Under the pieces are notes generated by a model. The model saw only the letters and a list, made by a program, of their open reading frames with translations, had not been told where the DNA came from and made no database searches. Shown in pieces: positions 10,764 to 19,833 of a stretch of DNA of 64,000 bases (positions are counted from its first letter, which is position 1; each line of letters begins with the position of its first letter). Where the stretch lies: positions 3,104,001 to 3,168,000 of the forward strand of contig OZ252149.1 of assembly GCA_965248755.1 (NCBI GenBank), written 5' to 3'. A program made the position numbers and the translations under genes. Source of the stretch: Candidatus Latescibacterota bacterium. Its GTDB lineage: Bacteria; Latescibacterota; CBDEFO01.

Positions 10764-10788
10764 CTCCTCTCTTTCGCCCTGTATGCTG

Positions 10789-11268
10789 TCATTTGTTTGC
10801 TGGCAACTTGCTTTGCTGTTTACATGTAATTGCGATTTCTCTTTCTTCATCGTCTCCGATTCGTATTTGTACTTCTACGCTGTCTTCGGGCATCAGGGCC
10901 TCTATCTTATCCGCCCATTCTATCAGACAGACGCCGTCTCCGTAGAAATACTCCTCATAGCCTAATTCTAAGATCTCCTCTGGGATTGTTAATCTGTAGA
11001 GGTCAAAGTGATAGATGGGGAATTTGGCTTCATATTGATTGATTATCACGAACGTTGGACTGGAAATTTGATCTTCTACGTCCAGCCCTCTGCAGACGCC
11101 CCTTACAAAGCAGGTCTTGCCTGTGCCGAGTTCCCCTACAAGGCCGACCACCGTCCCTGGTCTTAAGCCCTCTGCAAATTCTTCTCCGAACTTTTCTGTC
11201 TCCTGTTGGCTCGAGGTTACGACTCGACGTGATCGCATCGCCCGCAGCGAACGCTCCGTCTTTTCCAC
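10789..11268 (-). CDS. tsaE: tRNA threonylcarbamoyladenosine biosynthesis ATPase TsaE
   Basis: GELGTGKT, SSPTF, HFDLYRL and IEWA motifs. Confidence 0.95.
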   Translation of the reverse strand: MEKTERSLRAMRSRRVVTSSQQETEKFGEEFAEGLRPGTVVGLVGELGTGKTCFVRGVCRGLDVEDQISSPTFVIINQYEAKFPIYHFDLYRLTIPEEILELGYEEYFYGDGVCLIEWADKIEALMPEDSVEVQIRIGDDEEREIAITCKQQSKLPANK

Positions 11269-11349
11269 CGTAATGGTTCCTTAGTTAAAGTGGTCAGCAA
11301 GGGTCTGTCCTGGCTACCGCCGATATATTCAATCGTAGGCTACTTCTAT

Positions 11350-12909
11350 TCACTTGGGATTCATCACCACTACGGGGAGGATCATCTCCTCTAATGATAT
11401 TCCTCCGTGCTGGAAGTTCCCTTTATAGTACCTTTCGTACTCTCTCAGCTTGGTGGGATAGACAAAGTAGTAGTCCTCTTTGGCTATTATGAAATTTGTC
11501 CTCATGCCGAGATAAGGGAGCTTATACTCCTCCATATCTTCGATGAAGAGGGCTTGTCTTTTGTCACATCGCAAGTTTTTGCCGTATTTATATCTTAGGC
11601 TTGTGGACGTGTGTCCGTCTCCGTAGACTAAAGCAGACCTTGTCCCTAAAATGCTTCCGTGGTCGGTGGTCAAAACTACCACGGCATCCAGTCGCGCAAT
11701 TTTCTTTAACATATCAAAAAGGGGCGAATGTATAAACCAGGACTTTGCAAGGGACCTTAAAGCCGCTTCGTCGGGAGCGATCTGTTGCAATATCTCTGAC
11801 TCGGACCTCCCGTGGATCAGAATGTCCAGGAAATTGTAAACGGCAGAAACCAAAGGGACATCCCTGAAGGAATTTATCTTCTTTGCCAGGTTATTCCCCG
11901 CAGCCGTATTCAGGACTTTGACGTATTTGGAGCCGGGTCGGAGATCTAGACCCATGTTCGAGAGTTGGGCGTCCAGGAATTGATGTTCGTGGCGATTTCT
12001 GCTGTAGTCGTCCTCTTTGCCTGCTCTCCAAAGCTCTGGATACTTATCTTCGATCTGGCTGGGGAAAAGACCGCTGAATATGGCGTTTCTGGAATAGGGC
12101 GTTGCAGTCGGCAAGATGGAATAATAGTAGCTTCTTTTGACGCTGTAAAGTTCCGACAAAATCGGTTCTATCGAGAGCCACTGATCCAATCTCAAACAGT
12201 CAACGACTATGAAAAAGACCTGTTTTCCCGCGGCAAGATATGGATATACAAACTCCGATATTACATCCACGGACAAAATAGGAGGATTGTCGTCTTGGAG
12301 CCAGTGTTTATATCTGCTTTCTACATATTTTCCAAACTCCATGTTGCACTTTCTCTTTTGGTCCTTGTGCAACTGCTTCAAGCCGCTGTCTTTGATATAC
12401 TCGATCTCTAAATCCCACTCTGTCAACTTGGAGTAGATTTCTATCCAATCCTCCCATTCCATTCTTTCCGACAGCGTCTTTTCTATCTGTCCGAACTCCC
12501 AGACATAGTCCTTTCCGGCTCTGTCCTTCCTTATTTGGCCTACCTCGAGGATGCGCTTGCAGGCCGAAAGGATCTGGCTGGGGTTTACGGGCTTTGTCAG
12601 GTAATCATCGATCCTCTTTCCGATGGCTTCGTCCATTAGAAGTTCCTCTTGGTTCTTTGTGATCATAACCACCGGAATGTTGGGGTCTATATCCTTAATA
12701 TCAGAGAGTGTGGAGAGTCCGTCTTTCCCGGGCATCATCTCGTCTAAGAGCACAATATCGAAAGGCTCCTTTTGGACCATAGAGATAGCATCTTCGCCGT
12801 TGGCCACAGGTGTCACTTCGTAGCCCCTTTGACCCAAGAAGATGATATGCGATCTCAGAAGGTCTATCTCATCGTCGGCCCAAAGGATTTTTCGCTTGTC
12901 AAGATTCAT
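11350..12909 (-). CDS. porX: PorX-like response regulator (receiver plus PglZ/alkaline-phosphatase domain)
   Basis: ILWADDEIDLL...LLDEMMPG receiver, followed by PglZ motifs DCLRLDQW, LPTATPYSRNAIFSG, TTDHG and FQHGGISLEEM. Confidence 0.88.
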   Translation of the reverse strand: MNLDKRKILWADDEIDLLRSHIIFLGQRGYEVTPVANGEDAISMVQKEPFDIVLLDEMMPGKDGLSTLSDIKDIDPNIPVVMITKNQEELLMDEAIGKRIDDYLTKPVNPSQILSACKRILEVGQIRKDRAGKDYVWEFGQIEKTLSERMEWEDWIEIYSKLTEWDLEIEYIKDSGLKQLHKDQKRKCNMEFGKYVESRYKHWLQDDNPPILSVDVISEFVYPYLAAGKQVFFIVVDCLRLDQWLSIEPILSELYSVKRSYYYSILPTATPYSRNAIFSGLFPSQIEDKYPELWRAGKEDDYSRNRHEHQFLDAQLSNMGLDLRPGSKYVKVLNTAAGNNLAKKINSFRDVPLVSAVYNFLDILIHGRSESEILQQIAPDEAALRSLAKSWFIHSPLFDMLKKIARLDAVVVLTTDHGSILGTRSALVYGDGHTSTSLRYKYGKNLRCDKRQALFIEDMEEYKLPYLGMRTNFIIAKEDYYFVYPTKLREYERYYKGNFQHGGISLEEMILPVVVMNPK

Positions 12910-12912
12910 AGT

Positions 12913-14355
12913 CTATTCCCTTACAGTCTGGAGTCTACGGTCGTCCCTCTGTCGGATTTTTTGGGCCCCATTCATTGCTTCTAAAGAGCCCCCTTTGTCG
13001 TAATCACCGACAGGCAGCATAACCCGCACTGTCGTTCCCAGGCCCGGAGCGCTTTCTTTTATGAAGATCTTGCCTTTGTGATAATCCTCGACTATCCTTT
13101 TGACAAACGTCATTCCCAGGCCCCATCCTCTGCCTTTAGTGCTGTAGCCGGGCAGGAAGATTTTCTTTTGATCCGGAACGTTTATTCCCCTTCCGTTGTC
13201 TTGGATATCTATTTGGATCCACATTCCGCCTTCTTTAAAGTATGTCCTTATCTCTATTTTTCCATTTGCATTATCTATTGCGTCCATGGAGTTTTTGATC
13301 AGGTTCTCAAAGACCCAGCCTAAAAGTTGACCATTTATTATAACTTCAGGGACACCCCCGAAGTTTTCCACTATCTCCACTTTTCTTCCGATCTGCGGCA
13401 GACGGTGTTGGAAATAGGATATAGTCTCACAGATCACGTCTTCCACATTCCCACTCTTCAACTCGGGAACTGAGCCTATCTGGCCGAATCTGGAGGCGAC
13501 TTTATTGAGCCTCTTTAAATCGTCCTCCATTTCAGCTATTTTGCTTTCGAGACTGCGGGAGTTGTCTCTCTTTTCCCTGCCTGTGTACTCGTGCAGTTCG
13601 GATTTCATCAATTCCAGCCACCCTGAAAGTGATGAAAGCGGTGTACCTAACTGATGCGCTGTCTCCTTTGCCATGCCCGTCCATATATACCTTTGCTCAC
13701 TGTTTTTGATGTTATGAAAGCCTATGAACCCTATCACTATGAACAAAAATATGGCGGCTATCTCCAAGAAGGGGACCCACCAGAGCCTGTTGACCGCAGG
13801 GGGATCGCCGTAGTGAATTGTCAGATATTTGCCTGGAACCGGCTCGAACGTAATCGGCTCATTTATCTTGTCCATAGCTTGGGCTATCTTTAAAAGCTGA
13901 GGCCTGATATTTTTTATGTACTCGACCAGCTTAATGTTATTCTTGAGCTTATAGGGTATGCCCGGTATCTTGCTCCAGGATTCTATCACTTTCACTTTCC
14001 CGAGATCCATAGTCGTTATCAAAGGGAAATCAAATTTGTCGATCAGATTAAAGATAGCAGATAAAGCCGCATCTTCCGCTTGTGCGGAATCCGAGGCCCC
14101 AACAGTTGAAAGCAAGGTCACGTGAGATTTGACAGTCTCCCTGGCATTTACCCTCAGTTCATTGATAACCCATCTGGTATGGACCAAAAAAAGCAGGATA
14201 ATAGCGACTCCTATCACGAAAAGATAGGTTCTAAAGATTGAGGGTGTTACCTCAAATAAGAACTTTTCCGACTTGAGTTTCGATTTCAACTTCCCCCAAA
14301 TGCCGGGGTTCTCTTTATTCCTTTGAATCACCTTTCTCACCTCTTTTATAAGCAA
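12913..14355 (-). CDS. Membrane sensor histidine kinase; start uncertain
   Basis: Two TM segments, H-box KETAHQLGTPLSSL, N-box ENLIKNS, DNGRG and GWGLG. Confidence 0.92.
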   Translation of the reverse strand: MLIKEVRKVIQRNKENPGIWGKLKSKLKSEKFLFEVTPSIFRTYLFVIGVAIILLFLVHTRWVINELRVNARETVKSHVTLLSTVGASDSAQAEDAALSAIFNLIDKFDFPLITTMDLGKVKVIESWSKIPGIPYKLKNNIKLVEYIKNIRPQLLKIAQAMDKINEPITFEPVPGKYLTIHYGDPPAVNRLWWVPFLEIAAIFLFIVIGFIGFHNIKNSEQRYIWTGMAKETAHQLGTPLSSLSGWLELMKSELHEYTGREKRDNSRSLESKIAEMEDDLKRLNKVASRFGQIGSVPELKSGNVEDVICETISYFQHRLPQIGRKVEIVENFGGVPEVIINGQLLGWVFENLIKNSMDAIDNANGKIEIRTYFKEGGMWIQIDIQDNGRGINVPDQKKIFLPGYSTKGRGWGLGMTFVKRIVEDYHKGKIFIKESAPGLGTTVRVMLPVGDYDKGGSLEAMNGAQKIRQRDDRRLQTVRE

Positions 14356-14359
14356 ACAG

Positions 14360-14434
14360 GTAGGTCAGACATTCCTGTCTGACACTGGGAGTGAGCTGCT
14401 CTGTCTACTGGACAGACAAGAATGTCTGTTCTAC
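14360..14434. repeat. GTAG-type REP doublet
   Basis: GTAGGTCAGACATTCCTGTCTGAC ... GGACAGACAAGAATGTCTGTTCTAC: two inverted hairpins with GTAG/CTAC feet. Confidence 0.75.
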
Positions 14435-15711
14435 TAACTCTCTACTATCCTTTCCAGTCCTCCCATATAGTCCCTGAGCACGTCCGGTATCACTATTGAA
14501 CCGTCCTTTTGCTGATAGTTTTCCATAATTGCTATGACCGTTCTTGGGAGGGCAAGTCCGGAGCCGTTGAGTGTGTGGACGAATTCCACCTTTGCTCCGT
14601 CCTCGCGTCTGAATCTGATGTTAGCTCTCCTTGCCTGAAAGTCAGTGAAGGTACTGCAGGAGGACACCTCAAGAAATCTCTTAACACCTGAGGCCCACAC
14701 TTCGATGTCGTAGCACTTGTACGCCGCAAAGCTTAAGTCCCCTGTTGAAAGTTCTACCACCCTATAGGGGAGTCTAAGAAGCTGCAGCACTTCCTCTGCA
14801 TTCCCAAGAAGGCTTTCTAACTCATTCGGGGACTCCTCAGGCAACACGAATTTGACCATCTCCACCTTGTCGAATTGGTGGACCCTAATTAGGCCCCTTG
14901 TGTCCTTGCCATAGGAACCGGCTTCCCTCCGGAAGCAGGCAGTGTAGGACGTCAGATAGATAGGCAAATCTTCGCCTTTTAGTATTTCATCTTTGTAGAT
15001 GTTCGTAACGGGGACTTCGGCTGTCGGAATCAAGAAGAGGTCGTCCTCTTCACAAAGATACATATCCTCCTCCAGCTTGGGGAGCTGTCCTGTGCCGGTC
15101 ATAGCCTCCCTGTTGACCATAAAGGGCGGAAAGACCTCAGTGTAGCCGTGCTTTTCGATGTGGAGATCTATCATGAAGGCCACCAGAGCCCTCTGGAGTT
15201 TGGCTCCTACGCCCATGAACATGGCAAATCCTGAGCCTGCTATCTTCGAAGCCCTTGCCATATCGAGTATTTGGAGCCTTTCGCCGATATCCCAGTGCGG
15301 AAGCGGAACAAAGTCGAAAGTTGGTTTTTCACCCCAGTTTTTGATCACCACGTTGGAGGACTCATCTGATCCCACAGGTGCAGATGAGTCGGGGATATTC
15401 GGCACCCACATCAGCAGTTTCTGAAGCTGTGAATTTATAACCCTTATCTTATCGTCGAACTTCTTTACTGTGTCGGAGACCTTCTTCATCTCCTCTACTA
15501 TCAAAGAGGCGTCCTGCCCTTCCTTTTTAAGTTTTCCGATCTCTTTGGAGACCTTGTTCCTTTTGCCCTTAAGATCATCTACCTGACTTGACAGACTCCT
15601 TTTCTCTTCATCAAGTTCCAAGATCCTGTCTATATCGACAGACTCGCCTTTATTACGAGCACCTTTCTTGACAATATCCGCATTTTCCCTTATGAACCTC
15701 AAGTCCAGCAT
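14434..15711 (-). CDS. serS: Seryl-tRNA synthetase
   Basis: MLD start, N-terminal coiled coil, LIPTAEVP, FRREAG, RVHQFDKVE and HTLNGSGLA. Confidence 0.98.
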   Translation of the reverse strand: MLDLRFIRENADIVKKGARNKGESVDIDRILELDEEKRSLSSQVDDLKGKRNKVSKEIGKLKKEGQDASLIVEEMKKVSDTVKKFDDKIRVINSQLQKLLMWVPNIPDSSAPVGSDESSNVVIKNWGEKPTFDFVPLPHWDIGERLQILDMARASKIAGSGFAMFMGVGAKLQRALVAFMIDLHIEKHGYTEVFPPFMVNREAMTGTGQLPKLEEDMYLCEEDDLFLIPTAEVPVTNIYKDEILKGEDLPIYLTSYTACFRREAGSYGKDTRGLIRVHQFDKVEMVKFVLPEESPNELESLLGNAEEVLQLLRLPYRVVELSTGDLSFAAYKCYDIEVWASGVKRFLEVSSCSTFTDFQARRANIRFRREDGAKVEFVHTLNGSGLALPRTVIAIMENYQQKDGSIVIPDVLRDYMGGLERIVES

Positions 15712-15841
15712 TATGCCGTCCCCGTGGATATCTGAATTTGCAAAAGTGCAACCATTTAAAGTACCTTAACTGATAAAATATAATGAACTGTAAACAGAAA
15801 ACCAAATTTTTTCGTCAAAGTCGGTAAAATACAAAAATATC

Positions 15842-15895
15842 TTGACAAGTTGGAACTTAAATCCTATAGTTTCGTTATACCCTATAGGGGTATAT
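15842..15895 (+). promoter_or_regulatory. Sigma70 promoter with CsoR-type operator
   Basis: TTGACA(15842)-17 bp-TATAGT(15865), followed by the palindrome TATACCCTATAGGGGTATA with C/G tracts, upstream of a csoR gene. Confidence 0.8.
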
Positions 15896-15935
15896 TAAAT
15901 GATGTCGGTAGCCGAGCAGAAAGGAGAAGAGGAAA

Positions 15936-16250
15936 ATGGTACAGACAGAGGGCATCTGCATAGACCAGGACGTCTACCTAACTCCTGATGTCGAAAAGGA
16001 TCTATCAGATCGTCTCAGCCGAATCGAGGGACAGGTCAGAGGACTTAAAAAGATGCTTCTTGAGCATAAGGACTGTGAAAGCCTCCTGATCCAGGCAGCG
16101 GCCATTAAGGGAGCGATCACTGAGGTAACGATTAAGCTTCTGGAAGGACATATGGAGACGTGCGTGGCGGACTGTATGGAACGGGGACAGGGCGTCGAAG
16201 CGTTGCAGAAGCTGAAAGGGGCATTGGAAAAAGTGCTCAGAAAGTCATAA
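15936..16250 (+). CDS. CsoR/RcnR-family metal-sensing repressor
   Basis: RLSRIEGQVRG...C...H-x3-C motif. Confidence 0.9.
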   Translation: MVQTEGICIDQDVYLTPDVEKDLSDRLSRIEGQVRGLKKMLLEHKDCESLLIQAAAIKGAITEVTIKLLEGHMETCVADCMERGQGVEALQKLKGALEKVLRKS

Positions 16251-16280
16251 ACTTTATCTTAAAGTAGAAAGCAGATAGAT

Positions 16281-16865
16281 ATGGAAAAGCAATCATTATC
16301 AACTGTGGGTGCACTGACTGCGGGATTAGGTGCCTCGCTGTGCTGTATCGGGCCAGTTGTGTTAGCCCTGTTGGGGCTTGGAGGCGCTGGACTGTTGGTC
16401 AGTCTCGAATCGTATCGTCCATATCTTCTTGCGATAACAACAGTTCTGTTGGGACTCGGCTTTTACCTTAATTACCGTAGTCCGAAAGAGGACTGCCAAG
16501 AGGGGGAAGTCTGCGCTCAGCCATCAGGAAAAAAGGCGGGAAAGATTGCCCTGTGGATCGCCACAGCGGCCGTGATTCTCTTTGTGGCGTTCCCGTTTCT
16601 GCCGTTTGCAACGACAACTCAGGCGACAGTGGACGAAGGGAAATCGACCGTGATATTAGATGTGCAGGGCATGACCTGTGATGCCTGCGGCGTGGCGATC
16701 AAGGTCGCACTTTCAAAGTTGGACGGCGTCAAGAGTGCAGAGGTGGATTTTGACAAAAAGGCTGCTGAAGTTGCCTACGAAGAGGAGATGGTCACAGCTG
16801 GGGAAATGATCGCCGCTATCCGACAGTTAGGTTATGGAGCAAGTCTTTCCGAACGAAAGAATTGA
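16281..16865 (+). CDS. MerT-HMA (MerTP-like) fused metal transporter
   Basis: ASLCCIGP, three TM segments, C-x5-C loop and a C-terminal GMTCDAC HMA domain. Confidence 0.9.
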   Translation: MEKQSLSTVGALTAGLGASLCCIGPVVLALLGLGGAGLLVSLESYRPYLLAITTVLLGLGFYLNYRSPKEDCQEGEVCAQPSGKKAGKIALWIATAAVILFVAFPFLPFATTTQATVDEGKSTVILDVQGMTCDACGVAIKVALSKLDGVKSAEVDFDKKAAEVAYEEEMVTAGEMIAAIRQLGYGASLSERKN

Positions 16866-16905
16866 GGGCACTTAGGTGATCGACTTCTATTGAGGAGACA
16901 GAAAA

Positions 16906-17433
16906 GTGTCTGACTGTTGCGAAATAGATAGATCAGAGACCGTATCTGTATCAGACTGCCCCGAATGCGGAAACAAAGGAAAGAAAGTAGGGGAAATCAC
17001 ACTGCTGCAGCTCTTGACAGATGAGAGCATCCCCTTGATTCAGGATGTTCAATATTACTTCTGCCAAACTCCGCGCTGCGAGGTAGTCTATTTCTCAAAC
17101 GATGCCTGCCAACGTTTCCAGAAATCAGACATACGGGTTCGCGTAGGAGTAAAGGAGACCGAAGATCCGATTCCTGTGTGCTACTGCTTCAATTTCACAG
17201 AGAAGATGATCTCTGATGAGATCGCCCTGCATCAGAAGACGACAATCCGCAACAGGATCAGGGCTGAAGTAACGGCTGGCAACTGCGAATGTGAGATAAA
17301 AAATCCCGAAGGCAGTTGTTGCTTAGGTGATGTGGGTGGGGTTGTTAAAAAGGCGACAAAACTGCATAAAGCTGTCGCAGAACATACCGCTCCCCTTGAC
17401 AGGGCGACAAATATTTTGCAAATTGGGGTTTGA
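16906..17433 (+). CDS. Cys-rich Zn/[2Fe-2S] metallochaperone (resembles the N-terminal domain of Archaeoglobus CopZ); 3' end reads into the IS
   Basis: CPECG, YFC-x4-C-VVYF, VCYCF and C-C-x2-NP-G-CC motifs. Confidence 0.8.
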   Translation: MSDCCEIDRSETVSVSDCPECGNKGKKVGEITLLQLLTDESIPLIQDVQYYFCQTPRCEVVYFSNDACQRFQKSDIRVRVGVKETEDPIPVCYCFNFTEKMISDEIALHQKTTIRNRIRAEVTAGNCECEIKNPEGSCCLGDVGGVVKKATKLHKAVAEHTAPLDRATNILQIGV

Positions 17434-18670
17434 GAAAGGAGGTCAAGGTGTCAAGCCCCGAAGTGAAAGATGGTAAGCGCTGGACGGCGACCCGTAAGGT
17501 AGAGGTGGTGTTGGCTGTTTTGAAAGGAGCGAATGTATCAGAGGTGTGTTGGAAGAATGGAATTAGCCAGTCACAGGCGTATGCTTGGCGTGATAGTTTC
17601 TTGGAAGGAGGCCAGGAGAGTCTGAAGTCTCGGCGTGGTCGCAAGGATGCGAAGGAGCGGGAGGTCAGCCGGTTGGAGCGTAAGGTAGGGCACTTAACCC
17701 TCCAGTTGGAGATACTCGAGGAGGTAGCCCGTCTAAAAAAAACGAAGCGGTTGCCTTGAGTGAGCGGTTTTTGGGTCGAGGCTATTCCCGGAAGGTGGTA
17801 GCTTTGGCTTTGGGTTTGCATCGTTCGACTCTGTGTAGGCTTAGGTATAGAGGTGTCAGTTCTTCTGTCGAAGAGTCTGTGATAGATGAACAGCTTGCTT
17901 TTCGTATTCGAGGGATACTCGACCAAGAAGAGGCATTTGGTCACAGGCGGGTTTGGGCGCATCTTCGTTTCAAGGAAGGGGCATATGTCAACATCAAGAA
18001 GGTTCATAGGATAATGAAGCTTAAGGGGTGGCAGTGTAAGCTGTGGAATCCCCGATAGAATCAATCGGGGACCCCGGGAGAAAGGGGCCACAGGTTGCCC
18101 AGAAGCGTTCTGTGATGGATCGTCCTGACAGTCTCTGGTCGGCTGACTTGACCAAGATCTATTGTGGGGAAGATGGTTGGTGTCCTCTTATTGCGGTGGT
18201 GGACAACGGGAGTCGGGAGGTTCCCCGGGTATCGTTTTAGTCGAAAAGGGAGGGCACTGGAGGCCACAGATGCCCTGGATCGGGCCGTGATCTCTCGATA
18301 CACTTCCTAAGGAGGCTGTCCCCCAGGGTCTCACTTTGCGCTCTGACAACGGCTCCATCTTTTTGTCTCGGACCTATTTGGCAAGTACCGAATATTGGGA
18401 CATTCGTCAAGAATATATTCCGAGCGGAAAGGCCGATTGGAACGGGGTCATAGAACGTTTTTTCAGGACCCTCAAGCAGGAGTGTGTGTGGCTTCACAAT
18501 TTCAAGTCCTTTGAACAAGCTGAGAAGATCATATCTCAGTGGATCGATAATTACAACAAGAACTGGCTTCATTCATCTCTGGGATACAAGACCCCGGAAG
18601 AGTGGAGAAAACAATTTTATCTGCTACCCCAAGTTGCTTAATTGATGTCGCTTTTCTGGGGGGCAGTACA
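17383..18670 (+). mobile_element. IS3-family insertion sequence with inactivated transposase
   Basis: orfA HTH at 17430-17759. orfB is split into 17756-18058, 18043-18240 and 18336-18641 (WSADLT, RSDNG, IERFFRTLK, HSSLGY). The right end is ...GGGGGCAGTACA, with an imperfect IR at the left end. Confidence 0.9.
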
Positions 18671-18950
18671 AGAATAGGGAGCGTTTATAATCTCTCAGCT
18701 TATCTCTAACAAGGGGATTTTCAAAGAGATATTATGTCTAACCCCAATAATTCACAAAAAAAGGCCGTATATTAATTAAGGGATTGTACTATATTATAGT
18801 TATGCTGTTTAACCACCTTCGGAGTCATTGCTTCGCCTTCGGCTCGCAATGACCCCCCAAAGTTTATGAATTAATCGGGTTAGTAGAAAACTTTCAGATA
18901 GCAAAAAAATAAAGTCAGTTCAATATGACGGCATACTAAAAGCACAATGA

Positions 18951-18987
18951 AAAAGCCCTGGGGAATAACATCTCCAGGGCCTTTTTT
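18951..18987. terminator. Probable bidirectional intrinsic terminator
   Basis: AAAAGCCCTGGGG...CTCCAGGGCCTTTTTT hairpin with A and T tails. Confidence 0.6.
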
Positions 18988-19080
18988 CTACAAGAATCGT
19001 CAAGCAGTCATCGCGAGTCGATGCGCGAGCTACAAATATACAGGTGACATCGACGGTTTATGGCTGAATGCGTGGCTCTA

Positions 19081-19524
19081 CTACGCGCTGGTCAGGGCCG
19101 CGTGGAACTCGGTCCAGTCATCTTGATTGTTCAGACGAACCGCATCCTTGATCGACCCGTCGTCCTCAACTCCAGCCGCCGACAGAATCTCTCCCCGCGT
19201 CTCATCTGCGTGGTTATAGCCCGTGATGGCGGCGTTCAGCGCATCTATTTCGCTCGCATCGATGCTGCCGCCGCTCTGCTCCACGACCCATTGTTCGAAC
19301 TTCGGGTAAGTAGGAAGATTATCCTTAAGATAATTCAGAGTCGTCTCACGGTCCAGTTTCAGCCCGTCCAGGACCATCTGATCGAACCCCATCCCGCACT
19401 CGTCGTAGCCCTCGGCCAGCTGGCCTTTAGCGCTTAAAAGCGTCTTCAACCACAATCGGGGCAGGTGAACTACACCTAACGGACCTGCAACACCAGAGCC
19501 TATTAAAGGGACAACACTTGCCAT
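19081..19524 (-). CDS. Conserved small protein, DUF5069-like
   Basis: GPLGVVHLPRLWLK motif; strong AGGAGG RBS. Confidence 0.55.
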   Translation of the reverse strand: MASVVPLIGSGVAGPLGVVHLPRLWLKTLLSAKGQLAEGYDECGMGFDQMVLDGLKLDRETTLNYLKDNLPTYPKFEQWVVEQSGGSIDASEIDALNAAITGYNHADETRGEILSAAGVEDDGSIKDAVRLNNQDDWTEFHAALTSA

Positions 19525-19833
19525 CTATTTCCTCCTTTATTTGTAAGGTTGGCAATTGACTTAGAAGCTGCATTTATTCAAATGCCGCTTATCAGCTATT
19601 TTCGCTTGATATTTAAGCCGTCTTTCATCGGCTTCCTCTCAATCTGGAAGCACAGATAAGCAATAATACGAATTGAGGGTCTGTAATGTGATAGAGATTA
19701 CAAAATAATAAAAGAGGAAACAGATGTCAACAAAAATTTCGTCGTTTAGATTCAAGGAAGTGTCAGCTAACAGAAGATTCAAAGGCATTGGAAACTAAGC
19801 TCGACTCTCTGTATCACCTTCCTTTTGTAATGC

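Noticed and set aside
7932..18670. Composite transposon formed by the two IS3-related copies
   Set aside because: The enclosed DNA includes core genes (serS, tsaE), and the left copy is only an old fragment.
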